Program-made: the position numbers and the translations under genes
Notes under the pieces: generated by a model
The model's database searches: none
Told to the model about the DNA's origin: nothing
Seen by the model: the letters and a program-made list of their open reading frames with translations, nothing else
In this document: positions 1-9,367 of the stretch, in pieces
Numbering within the stretch: the first letter of the stretch is position 1
Layout: each line of letters begins with the position of its first letter
Source: Candidatus Rehaiarchaeum fermentans
GTDB lineage: Archaea; Nanobdellota; Nanobdellia; Parvarchaeales; Parvarchaeaceae
Direction of reading: 5' to 3'
Assembly: GCA_025920435.1 (NCBI GenBank)
Contig: JAPDLT010000001.1
Span: forward strand, 1,539 to 65,538
Length of the DNA: 64,000 nucleotides

Positions 1-1
1 T

Positions 2-331
2 CATTATTCTTATGCCTTATCTAAGGATGATACTGTTATTTTTTCTTCTCAAACTATTCCTACAAAAGTAAATATTGCAAATAGGTCAATGCTTCAAAAT
101 GCAATAATGGATAGTGGGGCTAAAATATACGATAACGTTCATGTATCTGGCCATGGAAGTAGAGAAGACCATAAAAAAATGTTAGAATTAATAAGACCAA
201 AAATATACATACCAGCACATGGAGGAATAGAAAAGCAAGTAGAAGGAATAAAATTGGCACAAGAATTAAACTATAAATTAAACTTAAATACATTTTTAAT
301 AGGGGACAACGTACATTTTGATATAGAATAA
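2..331 (+). CDS. rnj: Ribonuclease J (beta-CASP metallo-beta-lactamase), C-terminal part; gene starts before the window
   Basis: HVSGHG and YIPAHG motifs; reading frame is open back to base 2. Confidence 0.88.
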   Translation, partial: HYSYALSKDDTVIFSSQTIPTKVNIANRSMLQNAIMDSGAKIYDNVHVSGHGSREDHKKMLELIRPKIYIPAHGGIEKQVEGIKLAQELNYKLNLNTFLIGDNVHFDIE

Positions 332-365
332 TAAATTTAAAGTTATAGTTTTTAATTATGTAAAT

Positions 366-2672
366 ATGGAAATCTCAAATGATTTGAATTATATTGAGGA
401 TTATATATTAAAGAAAAGGAAGAATCAAGCTTATGATATAGATCCAAATAATCCTAATTTTATTGTAATAGATACTGCCCCTCCTTATGTAGATGGAGAA
501 TTACACATGGGTCACGCATTAGAATATACGATAGATGATATTATTGCTAGGATTAAAAGATTAGAAAGCTACAATGTTATTTTTCCACTTGGTGTGGATA
601 GAAATGGATTACCAGTAGAAATACATGCAGAAAAAGAATTCGGTATTAGTATGGAAAAAACAAGTAGAGAAGAGTTTATAGAAAAATGTAAAATTCTCTT
701 GGATAAATCACAAGAAAAAGCAATTAATGATTGGAAAAGACTAGGAATTTCATTTAATCACTATGAATTTGGTAATGAGTTAGGTTACGCTTATCAAACT
801 GATTCTCCAGAATATCGAGCTTTAACTCAATCAATTTTTATATATTTATGGAATAAAGGACTTATTTACGAATCCGATAAAGTAATTAATTATTGTCCTG
901 TTTGCAGAACCGCGATTTCAAATAGTGAAGTAGAATATAAAACAAAAGAGACAGAATTAGTTTATTTTAAAGCAGGAGATTATTTAATTGCGACTACTCG
1001 TCCCGAACTTATATTTGCTTGTAGAGCAGTGGCTGTAAATCCTCACGACGAAAGATACAAAAATATAGAATACGTAGAAATGCCCCTGATAAATGAGAAG
1101 GTTAGAGTTATAAAAGATGAAATTATAGATCCTAATTTTGGTACTGGAATGATGATGGTTTGTTCTTATGGAGATAGAAATGATATCTTCTTGTTTAAAA
1201 AATATGGTTTAGATCAAAAAATAATCATTAATAAAGAAGGAAAAATGATAAATACAGGAATAGTAGATGGACTAACAATAGCTCAAGCAAGAGATAAGGT
1301 AATTCAGCTATTAAAAGATAAGGGTCTTTTAATTAAAACTGAAAAAATAATCACAGAAAAACCTACTTGCTGGCGTTCTAAAAATGAGATTGAATTCCTT
1401 CCCGAAAAAGAATTGTACTTAAGGCAAGTAGAGTTTAAAAATTTAATCTTAGAAAAGGCCAAAGATTGCTTAATAAAAGAAGATGTATCTAAAAACTTGT
1501 TTATAAATTGGGTAAACAATATTGACGAAGATTGGCCTATTTCTAGAACTCGATACTATGGAACTGAAGTCCCTCTGTGGAAATGTAAGAAATGCAATAA
1601 TTATTTAGTACCTCCTCCCGGAAAATATTATAAACCGTGGAAAGAAAAATTCTTTGAAAAATGTCCTTTTTGTGGAAGTGAGGAAATAGAAGGAGATACT
1701 AGAACTTTAGATACATGGATGGATTCTAGCAATACTCCATTTTTCATTAGTAAATATAATACTGAAATGTTCAAAAAATTATATCCAGTGTTCGTAAGAG
1801 TTCAAGGAAGAGATATCATAAGAACGTGGATGTACTTTACGATGCTTAAAGGAGTTTTACTTACAAATTCCTCTCCTATAAAGAATTGGTTAATTCACTT
1901 CTATGTTAATATAAATGGCGAAAAAATGTCAAAATCAAAAGGCAATGGAATTACATTAGAAAAGGCAATTGAAATGGCAGGAGGTGCTGATGTTTTAAGA
2001 CTTTGGGTTGTTAGTGGAGTGGATGTTTTTAAGAGTGATGTGGATTTTTCAACAAGAGACCCTAAAAACATGATAGCAGCAAAGAGGTTTATCAATAAAA
2101 TAATAAATTTAGCTAGATTTGTTTCTCAGTTTAAAGAAGTAGAAAAGAGTGAAAATGAATTTACAAAATTATTTGTTGATCACTTTAATTTTGTAAAGAA
2201 TAAAGTAATAGATCTTTACGATTCTTTTGAATTTTTTGAAGCCTTCAGAACACTTAAATCTTTCATTATAGATGTTTTCGCCGATCATTTAATTGAATTG
2301 TCTAAAAAATACGTATACTCCAATAATAATGCATTTATTTATGCAATTCACTATATTCTAAAGGATTCTTTATTGCTTCTTCATCCTATAATTCCTTTCA
2401 CTACAGATTATCTCTACGAAAAAATGTATAATAAAGACATAACAAAGGAAAAAATAACTAAGCATGATATTGCTAAAAATAATGAAGAAACAATCACAAA
2501 GATTATGAAAATAGATAGCTATATTTGGAATCTTAAGAAAAATAAAAAGATCGCACTAAATTTACCAATTAGCAAGGAGGAAATAAAGTTAAGTGAAGAT
2601 CTTATTCCAATATTTAATAAATATAAAGAGATATTTGTAAAGGGACACAATATTGAAGGATATGAAAGTTAA
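366..2672 (+). CDS. valS: Valine--tRNA ligase
   Basis: DTAPPY, HMGH, KMSKS, DWPISRTRYYG and DTWMDS class Ia motifs. Confidence 0.93.
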   Translation: MEISNDLNYIEDYILKKRKNQAYDIDPNNPNFIVIDTAPPYVDGELHMGHALEYTIDDIIARIKRLESYNVIFPLGVDRNGLPVEIHAEKEFGISMEKTSREEFIEKCKILLDKSQEKAINDWKRLGISFNHYEFGNELGYAYQTDSPEYRALTQSIFIYLWNKGLIYESDKVINYCPVCRTAISNSEVEYKTKETELVYFKAGDYLIATTRPELIFACRAVAVNPHDERYKNIEYVEMPLINEKVRVIKDEIIDPNFGTGMMMVCSYGDRNDIFLFKKYGLDQKIIINKEGKMINTGIVDGLTIAQARDKVIQLLKDKGLLIKTEKIITEKPTCWRSKNEIEFLPEKELYLRQVEFKNLILEKAKDCLIKEDVSKNLFINWVNNIDEDWPISRTRYYGTEVPLWKCKKCNNYLVPPPGKYYKPWKEKFFEKCPFCGSEEIEGDTRTLDTWMDSSNTPFFISKYNTEMFKKLYPVFVRVQGRDIIRTWMYFTMLKGVLLTNSSPIKNWLIHFYVNINGEKMSKSKGNGITLEKAIEMAGGADVLRLWVVSGVDVFKSDVDFSTRDPKNMIAAKRFINKIINLARFVSQFKEVEKSENEFTKLFVDHFNFVKNKVIDLYDSFEFFEAFRTLKSFIIDVFADHLIELSKKYVYSNNNAFIYAIHYILKDSLLLLHPIIPFTTDYLYEKMYNKDITKEKITKHDIAKNNEETITKIMKIDSYIWNLKKNKKIALNLPISKEEIKLSEDLIPIFNKYKEIFVKGHNIEGYES

Positions 2673-2862
2673 AATAAGAGACATTCAAATTGGTGAAAAA
2701 ACACTAGAATTAGAGAAGGGCGAAGTAGAGGAAATTATTTCGAAATTAGATTTAACAAATAACGGAGTTATACTAGTTAGAAATGGAGATATACTTACAA
2801 AAGATGATAAGATAAACGATGGAGACGTGATTGAATTAATTGAGGTTTATTCAGGTGGATAA
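2662..2862 (+). CDS. Ubiquitin-like sulfur carrier (SAMP/ThiS/MoaD family)
   Basis: 66 aa beta-grasp-sized protein ending in YSGG; ATG at 2662 overlaps the valS end. Confidence 0.88.
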   Translation: MKVKIRDIQIGEKTLELEKGEVEEIISKLDLTNNGVILVRNGDILTKDDKINDGDVIELIEVYSGG

Positions 2863-2902
2863 AAAATAAATTTTATCATCTGAAATTTTATTAATTTATG
2901 TT

Positions 2903-2974
2903 GGGCTCGTGGCTTAATGGTAGAGCGTCCCCCTTGCACGGGGAAGGCTGAGGGTTCGAATCCCTCCGAGTCCA
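2903..2974 (+). tRNA. tRNA-Ala(TGC)
   Basis: Acceptor GGGCTCG/CGAGTCC with G3:U70; anticodon arm TCCCC-CTTGCAC-GGGGA; T loop TTCGAAT; no encoded CCA. Confidence 0.97.
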
Positions 2975-3018
2975 ATTTTTAGTTAATTTTGCGATTTATA
3001 ACCTCACATCTATTTTTA

Positions 3019-3705
3019 TTAATTTAATTTAACTTGTTCTATTGCTATTTCAGAAAAGCATTCTTCTCTATATATGCATGTTTTACACATCCATGATTTT
3101 TCATTATCAAAATAAAATTCGGCAGGAGGGAGTTTTTCCTCCATTAAATAACTGTTTAATTTTTCATATCTTTTAACGATGTTTTCATATATAGTTTCAT
3201 TAAAGCTTACGCTGAATTGTTTTATTTTCAAGTTACTCTTTTCAATGTAAACGATTATTCCTTTATTTGCATTAATTCCTTTCATATAAAGCATAGTTTG
3301 CCATATGTGACTTTCTTCAGGTTCAGATATCTTTGATATGTCTGAAGAACTTTTTAATTCTATTATTATTAATTCATTACTAAATGTTTTAATAACTATG
3401 TCCGCTCTTCCCTTTATTTTATAGGAATTTAAAGATATTTCTAAGGGATATTCAAAGTACAATTCTTTAAAATCTCCATATATTTTATTATAATTTGCAA
3501 ACGCTTCCTTTACTAAATCATGTACTTTATTTCCTAAAGCGTATATCTTAAGTTTTTCTTCTTTTTCTTCCTTTGGAAATTTATATGAATAATAAAGGTA
3601 ACGCAAGCATTGGCCTGCATCACTTGCAGAAAATACACTTTTATCACGAACCAGTGGGATTCTTCCTATTCCTTTTTTTATCACTTTATCCACATCTATT
3701 TCCAT
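3019..3705 (-). CDS. Solo Cas4-like PD-(D/E)XK nuclease with Fe-S cysteines
   Basis: N-terminal Cys (QCLR), GNKVH, GRADI..IIELKS, Q..LY, and C-terminal CxxCxxxxxC. Confidence 0.85.
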   Translation of the reverse strand: MEIDVDKVIKKGIGRIPLVRDKSVFSASDAGQCLRYLYYSYKFPKEEKEEKLKIYALGNKVHDLVKEAFANYNKIYGDFKELYFEYPLEISLNSYKIKGRADIVIKTFSNELIIIELKSSSDISKISEPEESHIWQTMLYMKGINANKGIIVYIEKSNLKIKQFSVSFNETIYENIVKRYEKLNSYLMEEKLPPAEFYFDNEKSWMCKTCIYREECFSEIAIEQVKLN

Positions 3706-3736
3706 AAATCTTTAAAGATTAGAAAATAATTTATTT

Positions 3737-4399
3737 ATGAAAATAAGTACTTTTATTGCACTTTTATTCATAATAGTTTTTATACTTATATTCTTGCTCG
3801 TTTATATAGGCCTATCTTTTAATTTTGATAAAAATGCATTTGTTTCAATTGTTTCGAATAGAATTTCCTTTTTAAACCCTTTAATGAAGTACGCAAGCTT
3901 GTATGGAAGAGAATATATTTGGATACCTATAGTTTTACTTTATTGGATTTTTGGAAATAAAGAAAGAAAGAAAATTGCCTTTCTTCTTGTTATTTCATTT
4001 ATTTTTATTATAATAGTAGGTCTTTCATTCAAGCATTTTTATTTTAGAGAAAGACCCTTCTTAGTTTTACAGAATATAAGTACTTTAGTTCCTAAGCCAT
4101 TAGATTCCTCTTTTCCATCTGGTCATGCATTAATTGTTATTGGTGGAGCTACGATCTTAATTTTGCTAGAAAGAAGAAAAATAATTTGGATTCCTTTACT
4201 TATAGAAGCTCTTATAGTGAGCTTTTCACGAATTTATGTAGGAGTTCACTGGCCTACAGATGTAATTGCAGGCGCTTTACTAGGTTCTGCAATAAGTATA
4301 TTAGTAGTTAATTATCTTTACAATAATAGATTTACTAACAAAATATTTGATTTTCTCCTTAATTCATGGAATTTTGTGCTAGAAAAGCTTAGGATTTAA
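3737..4399 (+). CDS. PAP2-family membrane phosphatase
   Basis: KxxxxRxRP, SFPSGH and SRIYVGVHWPTD motifs. Confidence 0.93.
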   Translation: MKISTFIALLFIIVFILIFLLVYIGLSFNFDKNAFVSIVSNRISFLNPLMKYASLYGREYIWIPIVLLYWIFGNKERKKIAFLLVISFIFIIIVGLSFKHFYFRERPFLVLQNISTLVPKPLDSSFPSGHALIVIGGATILILLERRKIIWIPLLIEALIVSFSRIYVGVHWPTDVIAGALLGSAISILVVNYLYNNRFTNKIFDFLLNSWNFVLEKLRI

Positions 4400-4787
4400 A
4401 CTCTTTTTTAAATCTCTCATATAGTTTGAAAGGATCTTCAAATGCGTCTTCCTTTCTAACAAATACAGTAAATTCTTTGGTATGATGCAATACTTCTGCA
4501 GGACATATTTGAGAACATAACCCACAACTTATGCACTTATTAAAGTCAATAGAAGGAGCTTCATTTCTTGCATTTCTATTAAATTTATAATTTAATTTTG
4601 TCATTGCTATTGCATCTGCAGGACATATTTTATAACACAATTCGCATCCAATACATCCAGGCAAGTCTAGAGAAAGTAACCCTCTAGACTTTTCTTTTGT
4701 TTCAAATTCTTTCTTTGGAAATTCTTCAGTTACTGGTTTTTCAAAAATATTCTTTATTCCTTCTAAAAATTCTTTCAAATCATCCAT
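4389..4787 (-). CDS. nuoI: Complex I-like subunit I (2x[4Fe-4S])
   Basis: Two CxxCxxCxxxCP motifs; VTEEFP..RG N-terminus; last gene of the nuo cluster. Confidence 0.9.
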   Translation of the reverse strand: MDDLKEFLEGIKNIFEKPVTEEFPKKEFETKEKSRGLLSLDLPGCIGCELCYKICPADAIAMTKLNYKFNRNARNEAPSIDFNKCISCGLCSQICPAEVLHHTKEFTVFVRKEDAFEDPFKLYERFKKEFKS

Positions 4788-5749
4788 ATTATAATTGCAT
4801 TCAATATTGTTAAAGGAAATATGTATTTCCAGGAAAAGTTTATAAGTTGGTCAATCCTTGGTCGAGGATAAAGCCATCTTAATAAGATCAAAATAAAGAA
4901 AATGATGAAAGTTTTAATCCAAAATATTATAAATGAAAGAATTCCACTTCCAGCTCCTCCTAAAAAGAGTATTGAAAAAATCATACTTGCTATAAATGCA
5001 AGCGAATAATCTCCAAGCAAAGGTAATCCGTAAACTAATCCAGAATATTCTATTCTCCATCCTCCTATTAATTCTTGTTCAGCATTTGTTACATCTAAAG
5101 GACCCCGATCTATCATAGAAATTATGCCGATAAGAAATGATATTGCTATTAAAGGATAATAAATTATATTTACTGAATTAATGTTCTGAAATGAGAAAGA
5201 ACTTCTGTAACCTATCATAAATATTGATAAAAGAACTATTCCTTCAAATGCGAATGTTTTTACTCCTTCTCTATAAGCACTTATCGAAGCAAATTTATTA
5301 CCAGAAAATATTCCTCCTAAAATAGCAATTAATCCTAAATAAGAAAACAGTATAAATGTCAACAATAAATTATCACTTACATTTAGTATTGCTAGATTTT
5401 TGTTACCTAAAGGAACTATTAAAAACAATAAAAGAACTACAGTTCCATAAAGTATTGAAGGTAATAAAAAGAGCTTATCTGCATTTTCATTTCTTATTAT
5501 TTCCTTTCCAAGCATCTTTATTGCATCAAATAGATTTTGTAGTAATCCAAATTTTCCTGCAAAAATAGGTCCTCTTCTTGATTGTATTCTTGCTGCAACT
5601 TTCCTTTCAATCCATCCACTTACAAATAGAGGAACTAAAGCAGTTATAATTAAAGCTATTATTAAAGTTAATATAATTGAAATAGGCAATGAAAGATATC
5701 CAAATCCATTGCTTAAAATATATTTGTAAATTATATCGAATATGCTCAT
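4775..5749 (-). CDS. nuoH: Complex I-like membrane subunit H
   Basis: ERKVAARIQSRRGP, GLLQ..DAIKMLGKE, AEQELIGG..EYSG, PRPRIDQL. Confidence 0.93.
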   Translation of the reverse strand: MSIFDIIYKYILSNGFGYLSLPISIILTLIIALIITALVPLFVSGWIERKVAARIQSRRGPIFAGKFGLLQNLFDAIKMLGKEIIRNENADKLFLLPSILYGTVVLLLFLIVPLGNKNLAILNVSDNLLLTFILFSYLGLIAILGGIFSGNKFASISAYREGVKTFAFEGIVLLSIFMIGYRSSFSFQNINSVNIIYYPLIAISFLIGIISMIDRGPLDVTNAEQELIGGWRIEYSGLVYGLPLLGDYSLAFIASMIFSILFLGGAGSGILSFIIFWIKTFIIFFILILLRWLYPRPRIDQLINFSWKYIFPLTILNAIIIWMI

Positions 5750-5750
5750 A

Positions 5751-6842
5751 TTACCTATCTATTTCACCCATTACAGGATCTAGACTTGCCAATATTGGAT
5801 AAAAATTAGCTATTTTTTCTCCTTCAAGTATTTTTTCCATCGCTTTTATCGCAAAAAATGATGCACTCCTTATTTTTAATCGATAAGCCCTTTCACTTCC
5901 ATCACTTACTAAAATCATTCCTATTTCTCCTCTGGGGGTTTCTTGTATTTCTATAGTATAAGCTGGAGGTATCTTTATTATCCAGGGCATCTTTATAAGA
6001 TAATCTCCTTTCGGAATGTTTTTCGTTGCTTCTTTTATTATTTTTATTGATTCTTTTATCTCTTCCATTCTTACTAAACATCTTGCATATGCATCTCCTT
6101 CATCAAATACAGGAACTTTAAAGTCTAATTTGTCATAAATTAAGTAAGGATTTAGCTTTCTATAGTCTCTATTTATTCCAGAAGCTCTTGCATTAGGTCC
6201 TGTTACTCCTAAATTAATTGCATCTTCTTTTTTAAGTATACCTACTCCTTTAGTTCTTGCTTTAAATATTGAATTTTTAATTATTGCGTATTCGTGCACT
6301 TCTTTTATTTTGTATTCTAATTTTTCCATTGCTTCAATTATTTTATTTTCTATGCCTTCTTTGAAGTCGAAGAAAACACCTCCCGGTCTTATATAAACTG
6401 GAGCGAGTCTTCCCCCGCTTATTTCTTCAATTATGTCCATCAAGAGTTCTCTTTCTCTTAGTGCCCAAAAGAACTCGCTTATTAATCCTAGATCTTCTCC
6501 AAACGCAGCTAGGAAAACTAAGTGATTCATTATTCTTCCAAATTCAGCCATTATTGTCCTTATATACTTTGCCCTTTCACTGATCTGTATATTTAGGGCT
6601 TTCTCTATTAAAGAAGAGTACAATAATTCCATATTTAACGCAGAAACATATTCTATTTTATCTACGAAAGGTAGATAGCTCATATAAGTAACATCTTCTG
6701 CTGCTTTCTCCTTTCCTCTATGAAGAAATCCTATTTCTGCTTCCGCCTTCTTAATTGTATCTCCTTCTATAGTTAGCTTAAACTTTAAAACTCCGTGAGT
6801 GCTAGGATGAGCAGGTCCTACATTTATTTCGAAACCATTCAT
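5751..6842 (-). CDS. nuoD: Complex I-like subunit D (no NiFe-binding cysteines)
   Basis: GPAHPSTHGVL, IGFLHRGKEK, ETPRGE, C-terminal DPVMGEIDR. Confidence 0.93.
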   Translation of the reverse strand: MNGFEINVGPAHPSTHGVLKFKLTIEGDTIKKAEAEIGFLHRGKEKAAEDVTYMSYLPFVDKIEYVSALNMELLYSSLIEKALNIQISERAKYIRTIMAEFGRIMNHLVFLAAFGEDLGLISEFFWALRERELLMDIIEEISGGRLAPVYIRPGGVFFDFKEGIENKIIEAMEKLEYKIKEVHEYAIIKNSIFKARTKGVGILKKEDAINLGVTGPNARASGINRDYRKLNPYLIYDKLDFKVPVFDEGDAYARCLVRMEEIKESIKIIKEATKNIPKGDYLIKMPWIIKIPPAYTIEIQETPRGEIGMILVSDGSERAYRLKIRSASFFAIKAMEKILEGEKIANFYPILASLDPVMGEIDR

Positions 6843-6843
6843 T

Positions 6844-7245
6844 TTACCATCTTAAATCTGTTCCTGTCCAATTTCTTATTTCATCATTTATTACAAAGTC
6901 CTTCCTAAGAGGATAGCCAAAAGGCCAGTCTTCTGGCAATAGTATTCTTTTTAAGTTTTTATGTCCAGTGAAGATTATTCCAAACATGTCATAAGCTTCT
7001 CTTTCTTCATAGTCCGCTGCAGGAAAAATATCTGAAATTGAATCTATCTTAGGATCATTTCTTAAAATAAAAGTTTTCAAGTTTATAAGATCTGCATTTT
7101 CTTTGTTTTCAAACAAATAATTTAATTCGAATTTACCTTCATTTATTCTATCAACAACTATTATGGAAAATAAAAAGTATTTATCTTTTAATTCTTCAGC
7201 TTCTTTTCTTAATTCTTCACTTTTAATTTCTTTGTAATTTATCAT
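6844..7245 (-). CDS. nuoC: Complex I-like subunit C
   Basis: EREAYDMFGIIFTGH..L.RILLP..YPLRKDF. Confidence 0.93.
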   Translation of the reverse strand: MINYKEIKSEELRKEAEELKDKYFLFSIIVVDRINEGKFELNYLFENKENADLINLKTFILRNDPKIDSISDIFPAADYEEREAYDMFGIIFTGHKNLKRILLPEDWPFGYPLRKDFVINDEIRNWTGTDLRW

Positions 7246-7760
7246 ATGTACCCTTTATATCTTTCTATTTTATCATTCTTAATTAATTCTTGAAGTTTTA
7301 GGCCTGCTTCAAGAAATTGCTCAGGTCGTGGAGGACATCCATGTATATAAACATCTACCGGCAATATTTTATCAATTCCTAATAAAACACTATAACTATG
7401 ATGATAAAGTCCTCCACTTATAGTACATGCTCCTACAGCAATTACATACTTAGGATTTGGCATTTGATTGTATAATACTAATAATCTGTTTGCCATTTTC
7501 TTAGTTATTGTTCCAGAAACAAATATTGCATCCGCATATCTTGGAGAATCTGCTATAAAGAGTATTCCTGCTCTATCTGGATCCGTTTTTGATGCACCAA
7601 AACTCATCATTTCGATACCACAACATGAAGTGGCAAAAGTAAGAGGCCAAAGCGATTTGGATCTTCCCTTTTTTATTAACCAATGTGCTAGTTCTTTAGC
7701 TTTTGTTAGTAAAAATCCGCCTTCTAATTTAGAAAAATCTTCAAAAGTTATTTCTTTCAT
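7242..7760 (-). CDS. nuoB: Complex I-like subunit B (N2 cluster)
   Basis: TSCCGIEM tandem Cys, GACTISGG, GCPPRPE; ATG at 7760. Confidence 0.94.
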   Translation of the reverse strand: MKEITFEDFSKLEGGFLLTKAKELAHWLIKKGRSKSLWPLTFATSCCGIEMMSFGASKTDPDRAGILFIADSPRYADAIFVSGTITKKMANRLLVLYNQMPNPKYVIAVGACTISGGLYHHSYSVLLGIDKILPVDVYIHGCPPRPEQFLEAGLKLQELIKNDKIERYKGYI

Positions 7761-8052
7761 AAATAAGACCAACTAATAAACCTATTAAAACAGTTATTAT
7801 CGAATAAATAAAAAATTTACTAAATAGTAAAAGTAAAGCTATCGATACTTCTATTATTAGTCCAACTGATACAATGTAGTAGTATTGAAACCCTATTGTT
7901 AACGGATTTCCTACTGATCTTTCTCCACTTTCAATTCTTTTTAATTTATAACGCTCTTTTGTATGAATAGAAATTAAATCCTCGACTTTTATTGCTAAAT
8001 ACCAAATAAAAGGAACAATTATTGCAATAATTAGAAATACCTGATCATCCAT
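7741..8052 (-). CDS. nuoA: Complex I-like subunit A
   Basis: Three TM helices, ESG loop, QYY...IEV; first gene of the cluster. Confidence 0.78.
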   Translation of the reverse strand: MDDQVFLIIAIIVPFIWYLAIKVEDLISIHTKERYKLKRIESGERSVGNPLTIGFQYYYIVSVGLIIEVSIALLLLFSKFFIYSIITVLIGLLVGLIYERNNF

Positions 8053-8111
8053 TTAAATTTTAATTATTAAAACTTTAAACAATTTTTGATGTTTTTTCTT
8101 TTACAAAAAAG

Positions 8112-8119
8112 TTTATATA
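8112..8119 (+). promoter_or_regulatory. Putative TATA box with A-rich BRE, 30 nt upstream of ATG 8142
   Basis: AAAAAAG-TTTATATA at archaeal promoter spacing. Confidence 0.5.
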
Positions 8120-8141
8120 ATACTTATGTGAAAAGTATAGT

Positions 8142-8882
8142 ATGAACAAAAAGCAGGTCAGTTATTTAGTAGGTTTGATTTTAGTACTAACGATCTTAAT
8201 CTCATTAGGAGTTTTTACATCATATGCATATCCTTCTTCAATTGCTACTGCAAAGACATACTCGCCTTATATCGATAGCTATTCACTTCTTGCTTCAAAT
8301 ACTTCTTCTTATAATTTCAACGTAAATTTCACTCAGATAGATAATGATCTAGCAAGTATATTTCCAGTTCCGTCAGGAACGAATCCATTATTCTTCTGGT
8401 TATTCGTTGCACTAGTTGCAGTAATAGTTAATGCGGTTCTAGCTTTTGTTCCTCCTTTAAAAGAAGATAAATACAAAACATCGAGAATGATAGTTGCTTT
8501 AATAATTGCTATATTTGCAGCGGAAGTAGGAATTTCAACAAAAATAATAGAGCTGACGAGTGTGGTTTTCGGGTTACTGGTTGTTACTCTATTGATGATT
8601 TTAGTTATATCTTACATGGCAACAGGAGGATCGGGTAAGACCTCTGGAGCTTCAATAATAGCTATAATAGTTTTCATATTGTTTGTTGCAGCTGCCCTTA
8701 TAATAGGCGGAATAATGGGAAACGTATCCTTGAATCATTCCTTGCCACACTTCGTTATTTCGCCTACTCTGGCTTTTGCACTAGGATTTATTGCATTACT
8801 TCTAATTGCTGGAGGAGGTAGGACGACTAAGATATTTGGAATAGCGTTAATAATTATTGCTGTAGTTTTATCAATAGTCTAA
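8142..8882 (+). CDS. Hypothetical multi-pass membrane protein
   Basis: Signal/TM N-terminus, S/Y/N-rich loop, about six further hydrophobic segments. Confidence 0.8.
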   Translation: MNKKQVSYLVGLILVLTILISLGVFTSYAYPSSIATAKTYSPYIDSYSLLASNTSSYNFNVNFTQIDNDLASIFPVPSGTNPLFFWLFVALVAVIVNAVLAFVPPLKEDKYKTSRMIVALIIAIFAAEVGISTKIIELTSVVFGLLVVTLLMILVISYMATGGSGKTSGASIIAIIVFILFVAAALIIGGIMGNVSLNHSLPHFVISPTLAFALGFIALLLIAGGGRTTKIFGIALIIIAVVLSIV

Positions 8883-9367
8883 TGGGTTTTCTTATTAACG
8901 GAGAAGTTGAAGCTGTTGTTTTTATATTAATTTTTGCAATAGCTTATGGTATTCTCAGTAGAATAAAACTGTTTGAAGAAGCATCAGTTAATGCATTAAT
9001 AGCTTTAGCTTTAGGTATTTTGGTAGTATTTAGTACTCCAGTAGTTATTGTCATTGAGCATTTTGTTCCATACATTGCACTATACATACTAATTGTATTC
9101 TTTATAATATTCATTTTAGTTTCTGCATTTGTACCTTCTAAAAATTTGGAAGATTATATGTCGCATAGTAGTCTGTTTGTAGGAATAACTATTGCAATAA
9201 TATTTTTCATTTTTATCTTTGCATTCACAAGCATATTGCCTTCTTCAAGCTCATCTTCAGGTCTTTCTCTTCAAATAAATACTCAATTTATAGAAACTGT
9301 AATCGCCTTTATAGTAATGATAGGTGTTGTTTATTATGTAACAAGAAAACCAGTTAACGAGAAGTAA
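8882..9367 (+). CDS. Hypothetical membrane protein
   Basis: About five TM helices; start codon overlaps the upstream stop. Confidence 0.8.
   Translation: MGFLINGEVEAVVFILIFAIAYGILSRIKLFEEASVNALIALALGILVVFSTPVVIVIEHFVPYIALYILIVFFIIFILVSAFVPSKNLEDYMSHSSLFVGITIAIIFFIFIFAFTSILPSSSSSSGLSLQINTQFIETVIAFIVMIGVVYYVTRKPVNEK

Noticed and set aside
3019..3705. CRISPR-Cas locus around the Cas4-like gene
   Set aside because: No repeat-spacer array or other cas genes seen in the window.
5751..7760. Group 4 [NiFe]-hydrogenase (Ech/Mbh) reading of the nuo cluster
   Set aside because: The large subunit has no N- or C-terminal CxxC and ends DPVMGEIDR; the small subunit has complex I-type tandem CC.
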